In this document: positions 12,706 through 25,557 of the stretch, piece by piece
How positions within the stretch are numbered: the stretch's first letter is position 1
Layout of the letters: every line of letters begins with the position of its first letter
NCBI GenBank assembly: GCA_034226945.1
Contig: CP120455.1
Location: forward strand, 806,001-870,000
Direction: 5' to 3'
DNA: 64,000 nucleotides
From: Picochlorum sp. SENEW3
Taxonomy: Eukaryota
The notes under the pieces: model-generated
Told to the model about the DNA's origin: nothing
Seen by the model: only the letters and a program-made list of their open reading frames with translations
Databases searched by the model: none
Program-made: the position numbers and the translations under genes

Positions 12706-15700
12706 ATGACACGCATGACGTCTCTCCATAGCTTTCGACGCTGTCATGTGCACAGATTGCAGAATGTACGATATCCGGATATTTCGTCACATCGAAATCG
12801 ATATGAGTGTACAAATCGATCTATTCATCGATTGAACTCTCATTCAGAGGACAAAGGTGAGTGGAAGGGATGCACTTTTGTAAGCATGTCAAAGGAAACC
12901 CCTGATTATCATGGGATACGGCCTCTCTCCTTGGATTAATTACAGTAAGTGAATGTGTAGAACCTATTTGGGGAGAGGATATATCTGAGGAATCTAGTGT
13001 CAGTTCGCTGTCCTGGCTTGAACAACAAGGTATGCTGGCCTTCTGGTCGTTGGCGTCTCGTACTGGATTGATTGGCAATGGTTGGTGCCTGTAGGAAATA
13101 TCATTGAGGAAGCTGCTGAAGTCGAGGCGGAAGAGGAGCAGCTTGCTGCATCGGTAGGCATACATGTGAGAGGGGATACTGTGTTCCGAGATGAAGTGCT
13201 ACGAAATGAGAAAGATGATTCTCGCATCCATTTTCATAGGTACTGTGGTTCAACCATCGTATGTAGAGTGATACATTTCACTGATAAATAAATATTGTTT
13301 ACGTGTAGAATGTTGCATGCGTGTGCTGAGCGAGGGGATTTTACTCAAGCAGAGAGTGTCATACGGCAGATGAATGAGAGCAATCAGCTTCCTGGTCCAA
13401 AGGCATACCACGCTCTGGTATTTAGTTACGTGAAAGGAGGCTATGCTCGAGGAGCTTTGAGTGCCATTCGGACAGAAGTCGGTAAAGGTAGGGTCGCACT
13501 GGCATCATTGACCGGATGTTTTGTTGATCTGACCCAGCAATGTATTGCAGGCATTCGGCCCCTCCCTCAGACCTATGCATCGGTAGTTGTTGGATTTCTC
13601 AGGGAGGGAGATATTGAGACAGCTGTGGCGGTATATGCTTCAAATAAAAGGGCTGATGTCCCTTATGAGGGAAGTTGGAGGGCGCTTTGTTCTGCATTGT
13701 TTAGTGCTGGAGACTACGAAAGGGCTAGTCAGATCCTGAATCAGGTATGTTCTGTTGGTCACCTTGATCCCATCATCTTGGGGTTTGTCTCACTCGTGAA
13801 CAAGATATTGATATATATATATATATATATAGGGTGAAAAGGAGGGTCTCAAACCGGATGCTCGGATGTATCAGGCCATGATTCAAGCAATGTGCCGAAA
13901 GGGAGATCTTGAGGAATCCATACAACGCCTAAGGGAACTCTCTGCGCTTGGTCAGTATCCAGACAAACAAATACTCAGTGCTGTCACAACGGCACATGCT
14001 CTTGCTGGCAAAATGAAGGGTGCGAGACAATTTGATCTTCCTGAATGATTTTCGGACGACCAAACATTGTGTGCTTTTTTTCTTTTACTTTGCAGAGGCC
14101 GAAGGTCTCCTAACGAGTCTGATAAATGCACCAGGGACTCCATCTGCGATGGCGATCGGATCTATCAATGCAGTGCTTCAAGTACGACTTGTACAATTTA
14201 CAACATCCTCCACGTACAAATAATGCTTTACCTCCTTGCTGGTGCAGATGTACCTACGAGCCAAACTTGGAAAAGAAGAGCTCGCAGAAAGAATATCGAT
14301 GCTCCGACAATTAATGATTAAAGGAGGGATAACGTTGGATAGAAAAGGATATTCGCTACTTCTGGAAGCCAGCGTTCATCTAGAGGACCCAAAGGTACGT
14401 CTAATGCTTCATTGACCCTTCGATATTTAATACTAACGTACTTGCGTTGATTCTGTTCAGGTTGGCTGGTTGGCATTCCAATCTCTCCAAACCCAGCCTC
14501 GTGGGAGTATGCAGTATCTCAAAGACAACGTGATCGCTGACTTTTTATTCGAGTTGAGGTACGATTACTATCCACCCTCTATAGTTTTGTCTATCATTAC
14601 AATACATACAATTGCTGCTGTTGTATTTGCAGTATGTTTGGAGAGCCCTCAAAGATCGACACGGTCCTTGCCTCTATGACTACAGAGAGAAGAGAGTTAT
14701 CCAATGAGATGATGATCGCTGACGATACAGATCGAACTTTCATCACTCGATGGCTCGACACGATCGACACAGCGGATGTCAATCCTACCAACTTTATTTC
14801 AATCGACGGAATCAACCTTGATCCCAGCTCACTCTGTGCAATCAACGAAAATGGTGAGGCACTAGCACCAACTAAGATGAGCGTTCGTGAGCTTCGAGCT
14901 GAGCTGGCTGCAAGACAATATCCTCTGCGAGGCAACAAGAAAGAACTCATCAAGCAGCTGCAGGTTCGTATATATCCTTTGGATGGCTTTTTGGGTCAGA
15001 AAAAGCGCTGACGCTGTTTACTTTTATGTTCTACAGAAAGCTAGAAGTGAAGCAGATATCGAGAATAGCGGTTATTCAGCCACAAGGATCTCCAAGGCAA
15101 AAAAGGTGTGCCAGACTTTTTTTCAAGATCTCATTATGTTCGAACCTATAGCACGTTTGCAATGATTACGCAGGTTGATGTCATTATTGCTGAAGAATCG
15201 TGGAGCGTAGGAAACTTGGAGGCACAGAACCTTTATGAGGACGAGCGGGAGGTTTTGGCTGAGGAGGAAGACGACGAGACAAACACGGATGAAAATGAAT
15301 TCGAGGAGGTACAGTAGACGATTGTATTTACTTTACCCATCATCTAATGGACACCGATCGATCTTTGTTGATTTGTAGGGAACAATGAAGAGGAGGGCTG
15401 AAGAAGATGAGGAGGACGATGATTTTGACTACGAAGATCGCGTTTTTTCAGTGATGCGAGCTCGCGGTAAAAGGCTTGATTTTCATGAGAACGCCAACTT
15501 CAATCATGATGATCCCGGGGTTCATGAGGTGCGAACTTGGTCACCATAGTCTTACGTCTTTGGGTGTATTTGACTTAAATTTACCGTTATTGTATGCAGG
15601 CTATTCTACTCCTTAGAAGGGTGCTGTCGCTGGGAGCACAGCCTACAAATGGGGATGTTGCATATCTGATTAGTAAAGTTGCGAGCGAATCGGGCCACCT

Positions 15701-15794
15701 TGCAAAAGAATTAAAAGAGATCCTGGATGAAAATGCGATCGTCTTACAAGATGATTTGGCTCATCAATTCCATCAATTAGTTGACAAAGAGTAA
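12706..15794 (+). CDS. PTAC3: pTAC3/PAP1-like PPR + SAP-domain plastid nucleoid protein, many exons
   Basis: PGPKAYHALVFSY..GALSAIRTEVGKG|IRPLPQTY resembles the N-terminal PPR-like region of plant pTAC3; SAP motif PTKMSVRELRAELAARQYPLRGNKKELIKQLQ; acidic tract; LGAQPTNGD near the C-terminus. Confidence 0.7.
13811..13830 (+). repeat. (AT)10 microsatellite immediately before an intron 3' AG
   Basis: atatatatatatatatatat directly followed by ag|GGT GAA AAG. Confidence 0.9.
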
Positions 15795-15812
15795 AGTTAG
15801 ATAGTCGATCTT

Positions 15813-18800
15813 TTAATGGCGTCTTTTCTTCCTGCTACGATCTTCCTCGTCCGAGTTATAACCTCTCTCGCGATCTTCATCACGAGCTTGCATCTCTAGT
15901 TCGTCCCAATCCAGACCCTCTTCTTCTTCGTCTTCAGGCTCAAAGTCGTCCTCATCAGACTCTACGACGGACTCATCATCACTACTCTCAAGGTCTTCGC
16001 TTTCTTCGGCGGCATCATCGCTGTAGGTGAGAAAAGAGTTGGTCAGCAATATCCGTGTAAATTTGATATCAATTGACATACCTTGGTTCAAATTCGGATT
16101 CCTCCTCCATTTCCTCCTCGGAGTCACTCTGGTCTGCATCAAGGAAATTCCACCCTCCTGATTCCACGAAACCTTCGGGGTCCTGCATTGAACAATAGAG
16201 ACAGTCATTCCTTGGCTGAATGCAGCCCATATGGATAATTTTGTCAATACTCACCTCTTTGATGGATTTGAGAATATTCTTCCAGTTGAGATTCACTTTT
16301 GATTCATAATATTTCATTTCAATCGATGTCAACCAGTCCTGCAGACGATGGCAAGTGTCATAAGGCAGCCTTTAATTGAATCAGAGCTGATACGTGGTGC
16401 ATAGCAATGTCAGTGTCAATCATACCTTGATTGTCTCAAGTGAGTGTGAGGGAATCGTGTCAATGCGAGAGACCTCCCGGTTAATGTCTTTCCAAATGAA
16501 GATCATGTCAAAATTTCTCAGATTGAAGCCTACTCTTTCCAAATTGACGAGATTCACCTCTGACAATGGAATCACTGTAAATGGCATTTCAGTAAGCTCG
16601 GTCAGGCAATTGACAGTAGGCATAATGAATGCTGTTGACCTGGCTGGAACACCATGAAAACCAAGTTCACGGAATGGGATTTCGAACTCTAAATTCAAGT
16701 CCCCATAATCCCTTTCCCAGATATCCTGCTGTACTCGCTTGATAAACTGGCTGAATTCTTTGTTGATCTGATTCCGCCGTTCTCTTTCTCGTTGCTCTTC
16801 TTCAATCTCATCAGGATCATACATTGACCTCCTTCCTGCATCTAGTGTCTGTATAGTATCCATGACCTGAGAATAGAATTGGACATCCAAAGTTTTCTTC
16901 TTGCCAATCATGATTGGATTGATCAAGTGGAAGTGCACAAGGGTGATCATGTCGTTTTCTGCAGGTTGGAAAAATGCATGCTTTATATTTCTGTACATCA
17001 CATCCAACTCCTCTCCTTTTGGTGTCTGATATCTAAAACCATTCACATGCGCTGTAAGGTTTCCGGGCATCTTTCTTCCTTTCCCAGCAAAGGCAGGTCG
17101 CATCCAAACTTCTTTGAGCACATGGACACGGTTCTTTGCTAGAATGAGCTTCTCCTGCTTCACCAGTGTGGCTCTCTCTGCCTTTTCTTTGTCTCTTTGA
17201 AGGATTAAGCTTCTCAGGGTCTTGATATCGCGAACAATTGAAGTAGCGTGCGATGCATTAGCTGTTCTAAAAGACATTTCTTTGACACATGCCATGTTAG
17301 GATATAGACTTCCAGGTTCCCACGAGGATCCAAAGTTGAAATTGATCCTGATGAAATAGTGCTCATTCTCTTGCGTGGCAGAGGCATTTTTGATTGTCAA
17401 GATGTGGAACGGAACCATTATTCCATATATAGGAAGGAGAACTGTTTCGCTCCTATTATCCACCTGGATGGCAAAGTGGTGCACCCGTTTCACGTCTGAG
17501 ATATCCTTGTATGACACAATTTCAGAGATTTTCCTTGAAGTACCACCACCTGCTGTATTTTGGTTATTAGACTTGTCAAGAATGCTAAGAGTAGCCTGAT
17601 TTACTTTTTCGAGCAACTCCTCCTGATTCTCTTTTTGTCTCCTTCTTTCCTCCTCCCTGGCCTTGAAGTCGATTTGCTCAGTTCTTGCCGATTTACGGAT
17701 GCCAACTTGTGGCTCTGGCTGCACTTCATCATCTCCACTAGATTCTTCTCCCTCTTCATCTTTCAGATAATATGCAATCTCTCTCCAATCTTTCGGAACA
17801 CCAACTGTCAGAACTTCTGAGGGTTTTCCAGCAGGAGGGACAATTACCGTGTCTGAAATAAAGATTGCATAAGACTTGCCTGATTCATCATCAGCTGTTT
17901 CATCTGTCAATTTATTCAGAGACAGAGCGACGTTGAACGTCATGCCAGCCTTCAAAATGTTGTCATTTGACGATGAAAGGACCTGTGTATTATCCCTGAT
18001 CTCAAGGCCAATTGCTGTTCCCACATTCTTCCCCAGCTTGGAAGCAAGATTCTCATCCTTTTGTTTCAGTACATTGAGAGCTGCATTGTAGGCATTAGAT
18101 GCTTTGGATCCTTCAACAAGTGATTTGACTGCAGCTTCATGAGCCTCGAAAGCGATAGCATATTTTGATTCCTTCTCCTTGGTAGGATTAACGAAGTACG
18201 TACGCCCAATATTCGAGCAGTATGATGCATATCTTGTTCCAGTCTGACAAACAATCACACCATAGTCCATTGGTTTCCCAGAGCTGATAGACGAAACTTT
18301 CAGTGTATATTCACCCCCTGATTCAAATATGGGTGAATAAGCAATATCTACCGCATCCTTTTTTAGCTTCACGTCGATTTTGCTTGGTTCCAAAATGACT
18401 GCTTCCAAACGATCGGCCAGTTGTGCATGAGTCACCTTCTTCTCCTGATCTATCGTGTTCTCGATTTCAGTGACCGCCTTCTTGTTCATTGCATTTGTCA
18501 GCAATAGAGCCGCTTTTTTCATATTAATAATCTCATCGCTGTCTTTGGGCAGCAAGATCTCACCCAGATTTTGTCCAATATCAACTGTCTTGAGCTGTGC
18601 ATCTTCCATCAATCCAGCCCAAGTCTCTGCGAATCTTCCGGTGGGATTTTCCTTCAGTACTCTTCCAACGATAGGATCATCAGCAGATTTCTTGATAACG
18701 CGAAGGAGTTCCTCCATTTGAGGGACACCCCCTTCAGCCTTGGATTTCAAATGCATCTCCAAGGCGAGGTTTCTTTCAGTGCAAGTCTCCTTCAACTGTT

Positions 18801-19243
18801 CAAGGATGGAAAGCTTCTTCTGCCCAGCCAAAGCATGAATTGCTGACCTTGTGAAAACAAGAATAGTGTCTGGACATCAGCAGTCATACGTGTTATTTCA
18901 CCCAGACAATGATAAAAACGCCACAACAAGAGTCCGCAACCGACGCACCTGTGAACTCGTATCCAAGCATCCATAAGAACAAACTACTAGTTTTCCAGTA
19001 TCTAATATCATCGGCGGCTTCTCCGGTGGGAATAACAATGGCAGAAACTCCTTTCCAGTGTTCCGAGTCCTGAAGTTGAACAGCAGGTTGATCCGTTATT
19101 GGTGTTCCCAATTCTTCATTCTATAACGCACAGTATTTAACATATCTTACCTTCCATGATGAATATAAAGCATCTAGTTTTGCCCCGAAGCGCTTTGTAT
19201 CGAGTTCGACTGCTTTCTTCGTCGCTGTCTTTTCGTCTGCCAT
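15813..19243 (-). CDS. SPT16: FACT complex subunit SPT16
   Basis: GTRYASYCSNIGRT, PIYGIMVPFHI.TIKN, AHVNGFRY, IKHAFFQPAE, FEIPFRELGFHGVP, VNLERVGFNLRNFD, acidic C-terminus GLDWDELE. Confidence 0.97.
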
Positions 19244-19568
19244 CCTGGGGGGTCTGCTCCTCTCTGTGACAAACAAGTAGATCCTAGGATCGCAATAGAT
19301 CAAATAAATTATGATTTAATACGATTACGGCACGCAGCCGGTACTATGATACCGGAACAACCACATCAGGAATTTTCAAAATTCAAATCAGGTGGACATG
19401 GTTGGCTGGCATCGGGTCGGATGGGCACTCACTCTGATCGGACATGTCTCTGTCCAAAGACAGAGGTCCTCGTTTTGTTCAGATGTCCATAATATCCATC
19501 AATTACATTGGCTTTATCTATTGTTTCAATGACAAATCATACCGCGACTATACTGCTTTTTACGGTGC

Positions 19569-21206
19569 CTATATCATCCGTAACTCGTAATCACCAGCAG
19601 TGGTTATATAGCGTACCCAAGGAAGAGCTTGGTAACCTGATCTTTCCACCACTTTCAGATATCTCACCTGTACGACATTGCCCAAATTCCATTAGTTCTA
19701 GCAAAAACAGACAGGAATAAGGTCGACTCATACCTGAATACCAGAGACAGTGAAATATGGTAGTTCAAATTTCACTTTGATCGGTGGCATCCTACCAGAA
19801 GAAACTTCTTCAGCCTCCACAGAGGGCAGGCCAAATTTACACCGTAACGTGAAGTCTCTACCTCCAGGGAAATTTTTTATCTTCCATATCAAAGCATCAT
19901 GCTCAGGTGCATAAACAGCGTTACCCTGTCAAACATACAGTATTTCCAATTTAGGCTCTCAGCCTGCAGGGTGTCTGCGACATGCAGCCCATAACAGAAA
20001 GTACACATACCTGTGATGTTTTAAAAATAGGAGAAATTGCATCAGGTGGAAGTGGAAGCATGATCTCTACTGAGGTTGCAGTACTTCTGTCCTTGAATTG
20101 AGATCTAGCCTTCACAAAATATTCCGTGCGACTTCTGCTATGCTTTTCAACCTGACACTCTACCCAAATCAAGGGCTTCACTTGCTGGCTTAGTCGGTAG
20201 GTCCTGCAGAGGTACAAAGTCACGTCAGTTGAGCGAATACAATACTTCAACTTTTTCTACAATTATGTGGACGATGGGACTCACATCAAGTCAAAGGATC
20301 CATCTGGTGGTATGAAAGATATTGTACGGTCGCGTTCAAAACTTGCCAGGCGCACACACTGATGAAATTTAATGTCCTCCAAATCTACAGCTTTCTGCCT
20401 GCCAGCTCTGCCCTGTGCATCAAAAAGCACTTTATCATTCAAACCTAATTTGCACTCTGGCATCCCACTCAGATATGCTCTCATTTTCAATGCTCCTGCA
20501 ATTTCACTACTGACAACGGTTCCATTAGAATTGACAAGCAGATTCACAGATTCTACTACATCAAGGAAGACTTCGTTCTTCTTGTAATGTATTCCTTCGT
20601 TCCTCCACGACACTGCATTGGTCACCGCCATCGGAGGCCTTGCCTGAACAGCCATCTTATAAGCATTGACCTTGATGTACTCACTCAGGACAACTGCTTC
20701 TGTAAACTGAGGATACCCAAAGTCCATGACTTCATCCAAAAGTTCGTACGCTATCACAAAGTTGTCCCTCAGCGACTCTTCCTCCAACTACAGTACATTA
20801 TAGAGTGATAACACCGAGATACTAGGGAACTTACAATGGTGATTGCTCCGTACCTCACGAAAATAGTGCTTGAAAATGTCGACAATTTTATGCAGAAACG
20901 CTAATACTGCCGCAGCATTTGAGTTTGTCCTTGATAACGCAAGAAGATATATATTTGAGTACTGAATATATGTAAAGGTGACATTTTCATCTAAAATGAC
21001 GGGACTAGCTCTGTTAGTATCCTCGAGTTCGTTAAGCCTTGCTATGAAGTTCTCAGAAACTTTCAATGGTATATCACCCCTGCAGTATATTACATCAGTG
21101 ACGTGTTCTTTACAATCCCACGATTTCTGACTCACCTGTAGTCTCTGCAAAGAACCGGCTTGCCTTTGCTGTCTAAAAACAGTATAGCAGAAACCGCCTG
21201 AGCCAT
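19569..21206 (-). CDS. AP1M: AP-1 complex subunit mu
   Basis: EEESLRDNFVIAYELLDEVMDFGYPQFTE, AVSWRNEGIHYKKNEVFLDVVE, LSGMPECKLGLNDK, FIPPDG.FDLM, GYQALPWVRYIT. Confidence 0.95.
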
Positions 21207-21466
21207 GTTACCACCACACTGTTATTGATTTCTGTGCGAGTATTGAATCAACAGAAATAATAAATATCAGAAAATCACTTAGTTGGTGCCTTCGAAGGCG
21301 TCGCTGAAAGGCCTTCCACAACTGCGGGCTCGTCATAATGGAAGCGCCCTCGATCGAGGGCGACAGTCCTTCCACTACTCCGATGGCAATGAGGAGGGCT
21401 CGTGGTGATTATATACGACAGATCTGGCAGAACTAGTGAGATTATAGTGCAATATATGTTGTAATA

Positions 21467-22408
21467 ATGAGCAGCTGGATCAAATATTCTGGCATAGGAC
21501 ACTGTCCTACCAGAACGTCCCGGTCCTTGGGAGCCTCAAAGTGCCAAGCACTTGGGACAGCCCAGTCACATTTCGGTAGCCAGTGGTTGAAAAAGACACT
21601 ATCAGGTGCGTAGTTGAATACTTGCTTATCGGGTGGAAGCGTCTTGAGGCGGAAGATTGAGTACCTGCTCGCTGCTGTTGCTTACAGACTTTGAGACCAA
21701 CTCAGTAGACATTTCCCTCCCTGACGTGTCTGACCTGCATATGAGGGATGTCCTTGTTTCTATACATGAAGAGATGCAAAAGGTGAAGTCAGGATTGCCA
21801 GAGGTCCATCTTGACGTACCTAGGTGGAATCTAGATGGAGCACTTCAAGGTAGAGTATATATGTATGACCCTATTTTGTTGTTACCCATCAGAAGTGCAT
21901 TGTCAAGAGGTGCTTCGTGGAGCATGCCTTTCCTTGGATTTAACTTTTTGGCTTATGTGATGATGCAGGAGTTGACGATTTAACGAAGAGGATGAATGCC
22001 GACGTCTCAATCGATGCTTCTGCATTTTCATCTCTCTTGTACTCATTACAGTCTCAGGAAACTTTGGATCCACATTGGGGGTCAACGCTGTTAAAAAGTG
22101 CATTGATTCCGTTCTACAACGAAATTGTGGTCTTTATATCGGGATTTTTCAAAGTATTATTGCCATAGGAGTATTTAAATCATTTCATGTCCTTGAGTCA
22201 TGCCAAGGATCTTTTCCCCAGAGAATTGCCCCCACAATCAATGCAATTATTATTTGATTACAGCGTGAGACGAGTTCAAGACACGATAAAATGGATCGGT
22301 CGCGAGCTACTTATACATCCCCACTCCAGTGCATTTAGAGCACTGATAAAGATTCATGGCTCGAAGAAATCAGGATTTGCCTTTAGGATTCGACCCTGTC
22401 AACCATAG
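21467..22408 (+). CDS. Hypothetical protein, possibly organelle-targeted; 3' end uncertain (a stop near 22167 or a further exon to 22408)
   Basis: ATG 21467 exon (MSSWIKYSG..KKTLS) splices in frame via gtgcgt..ttacag to DFETNSVDISLP..; no recognisable family. Confidence 0.45.
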
Positions 22409-22837
22409 AACTACTCTTAGATGTCGATGCTGTATATGATAACAGTACTCAATCATATACGGATCAATGCATCGACAATATATAGCTACATATATATGTA
22501 TGTATGGTAAATCATGATGCATGCTGCTTGGATGAGCTAAACTGTAAGCCTGTGGCCGATTCGTGGATCCAACTTACTTGCAAGATCCACAATTTCCCAG
22601 GAAAAAAAATATAATTGCTGGCTTGCTCAGCTACATCCACGGAGGAAAATAGTATTGAGAACGAGGACAGTTGGACATCTACTTCCAACGGCAATATTGT
22701 TTGTTTGATCAAAGGAACACCTCTTTGATACCAGGATTGGATTATACAATTTAATATATATATCTGTGAATGTACCTAATTGATTTACCTGTCATTTGAC
22801 GCGTTTGTTCGGTACTCACGGCTGTTGGGGTAGTTCA

Positions 22838-23352
22838 ATGTCAGGTGGTCATTCATCGTCGCGAGGGTATGCCAGCAGGTGCGCATCTTGCAAAATATGT
22901 ATCATACATCTGAATCCTGCTTTGCTGAAACACTGCCTCGTCCCATACATGTCTGACAAGCAGGTGTCCTTTGCAGGTCTGGTCTGAGTTCTAGGCAGTC
23001 TTTGTTCGGCAATTCGTCACAGAGCCATGAACAGCTAGAAATTAACATGGAAGCTGGAACATATGATATCGATGAGGACATTGCTGACTTACATTCCTCT
23101 GTGAAGGGATTGAAGCATGTTTCCAGAGCTATCCAAGAGGAAACAAGTTTGACTCAACAAATTGTGGAGACTCTGGAGAATTCACTCGACATGGCAAAGA
23201 TGACACTAAAGCAGACGATGAAACGACTAGATAGGGTGTCGAAAAAGTCAAGATCCAACCACGTTCTGTATGTTCTTCTGTTTGGCCTTGCACTCTTCTT
23301 CTGTGCATATTTTTGGATAAAGGTCAGAAATTTTCTACGTTGGATATTTTAG
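22838..23352 (+). CDS. Bet1/Sft1-like Qc-SNARE, 2 exons
   Basis: SNARE heptads DIDEDIADLHSSVKGLKHVSRAIQEE and C-terminal TM NHVLYVLLFGLALFFCAYFW, resembling plant Bet1-like SNAREs. Confidence 0.85.
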
Positions 23353-23438
23353 ATTCGACTGCCTTGCTATTTATTTATTCATGGTAGACAAAGTTGTAAT
23401 CAAAGGGGGTTTCAGGAAGAAATACTGATGAAAACATG

Positions 23439-23800
23439 TTAATTGTAGTACAATTCCAAGCCCATGCCATCATGGATCTCATAGTCAGCAAGAGTGATGT
23501 GGTCCTTGAAGACAGTGTACCACTTTTGAATTCTGATCTTCTCCGGCCGCGTACCTACACCATATAGCCCGTCCCTGTAAGCATAGGAAAAGGAGGGACA
23601 CTCGAAAACGTAACGCAATGCCATACCTGTCTGTGCTGCTACTAACTTCTTTAGGTCACCTATGGTATCGTCTTCATTGCACTTCACTCGTATCTGTATG
23701 TTAAAAGCATTAATTCAGCTATTTCAATGATTTGAGATGCATGCAAGATGAGGAAGCGAACCTTTTTTCCTAACCGATCGTTTAAAACGACTTCAATCAT
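23439..23800 (-). CDS. UBL5: Ubiquitin-like protein 5 (Hub1), 3 exons
   Basis: [63 protein letters not shown]. Confidence 0.97.
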
Positions 23801-24228
23801 GGGTACAAAGCACGTCTATCCTGTGCTCTGGTGCAAGGGTGTGAATAAATATTACGTTTGAATACTATATTACGATTTAATTGCATATGCAATCAGATAA
23901 GCCTTTCTACGCCAGATCCACCATCATGGCATGGCCATGTATACATACAAGCCATATGCAGGTCCAAATAGTTGGCAGATGGCCATGGCCATCCCATGTT
24001 GTTGGTTACGCGTATATCGCGGGACAGCTGACCATTCTTGCGTCTCCAGCAAGATATCGGGGATTCTCTCCTCAAGGGACTATTGGATTGGATCACGGCT
24101 GGTTGGCGAACGATCGTCCAGAAGGCCCACAATAGTGTACATCATACTGTGTCATGTGGGTTAATGAGCGAAAGTTCTCTCTTACCTGACATCAAATTTA
24201 TTTTGAAAGATAAAATCTTTTGTAGATA

Positions 24229-25505
24229 ATGGGAGAACTTTGGCAATACATCACCCCTGATACCAAAGGGAAAGGAAGGCCGAAAGAAAAGGACTCAACG
24301 GCCATACGAGCAAAGTGGTGCGTTTTCTCATTGAATACAAAGGGTCTCCCTGTCTACTAAAACCTTTTCTTTCTTTTTAGGTTTCACGAGAATCAAAATA
24401 ACAATCGAAACAAAGCTGCGGACGCATCCAAGTCTAGTAAATGGTATGCTTGTTGGGAAACAGTTGCCCGAGTCAGAATTGGGAGGTCTTCGTTGAGACC
24501 TGTAGAGGTCATCTATACAGCGTCTAATTGACTTTTACAATGACTTTTAATGTGTGCAGGACATTGAAATCGGCGATTCTACTGGCACCGTGGAGTTCAA
24601 TACTGTCCTGGGCCTTCCAGATAACAGGAATAATCTTGTACGTGATGAATGCTGACAAAGCATCGCGCAGAACGAAAGATATACTGACTATCACAAACAG
24701 TAATGAGAATGGATACACTAGGCATTTAAACACCATGCTAAACTCTTATATTATTTCGAACATCTTGCTTGTGGTCTGCATCCTTGTGGGTGCCATTGCA
24801 TCCTGGATTCACATTAAGCATGTTCTGCGAGGATCTCTTTGGGGTCCATTTCGACGTTTTACTTTGGTGTCTATACTGTCTGTCGGAGTATTGTACTTGA
24901 CAGCATGTTTAGTTTGGTTCTTGATCTTGATGAACTATTTGACAAGCTGGGCCATGGCCCTCTGGAATTTGGAGGATGCTAGTTTTGCAACTGCTTCGGT
25001 TCTACAGAGCAAAGATGTTGATAGTTCGGATGTCTGTCTCCCTGGTATGACGTTTGATATTTATGATGGTTTTGCAGATATTTGCTGATCTACCTGTTGC
25101 AATGTGCAGCTTGCCTGGACCTGCGGAGATTTCCCTTTCTTGCATCAGCAAGTTGTACCTGTAGTCCAAAGGACGTAGAGACCATAGGATCAATGGCTTC
25201 AGATACAAAAGGAAAGATAATTTGGCTCCTTGTTGGAGTGACTTGTGCTATGACCGGAATTCTGCTGTCCATTATCAACGTGGCAGCAGATATTGGAGGC
25301 GTTAACGTACCAATGTCTCAGCAAATAGTGGCATGCGACTGCAAGTAAGTTATGTATGCTTCGTTAAACTAAATCTTTTCTGTTTATCTGATAGTGCTGT
25401 GCTTGATGCAGAACTGCTGAAGATGTTGAGGAAGGAGAGTCCCTTCAGCCTTCATACATGCCATCTATCACCCCAAGAAAGAAAGCATCTAAAATCTCTG
25501 TATAG
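24229..25505 (+). CDS. Four-TM membrane protein resembling the PLP/DM20/M6 (lipophilin) family
   Basis: 5 exons joined by GT-AG introns; 4 hydrophobic helices; APWSSIL..GIILY, VGVLY..VWFL and Cys-rich loop CLP..CLDLRRF..CTCS. Confidence 0.55.
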
Positions 25506-25557
25506 GTAGAAAAATCGATTCAGGGTAACCTTCAAGTTTTACAAATGGACAAAACTT

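Noticed and set aside
22512..22795. Possible small minus-strand gene between the hypothetical gene and the Bet1-like SNARE
   Set aside because: Could not build a consistent exon model; implied introns are too short
23881..24229. Overlapping short ORFs, an actattg/caatagt hairpin followed by ACA, and a U1-like cttacctg at 24181
   Set aside because: No recognisable peptide or consistent splice model; no H box; the U1 5' end and Sm site are missing
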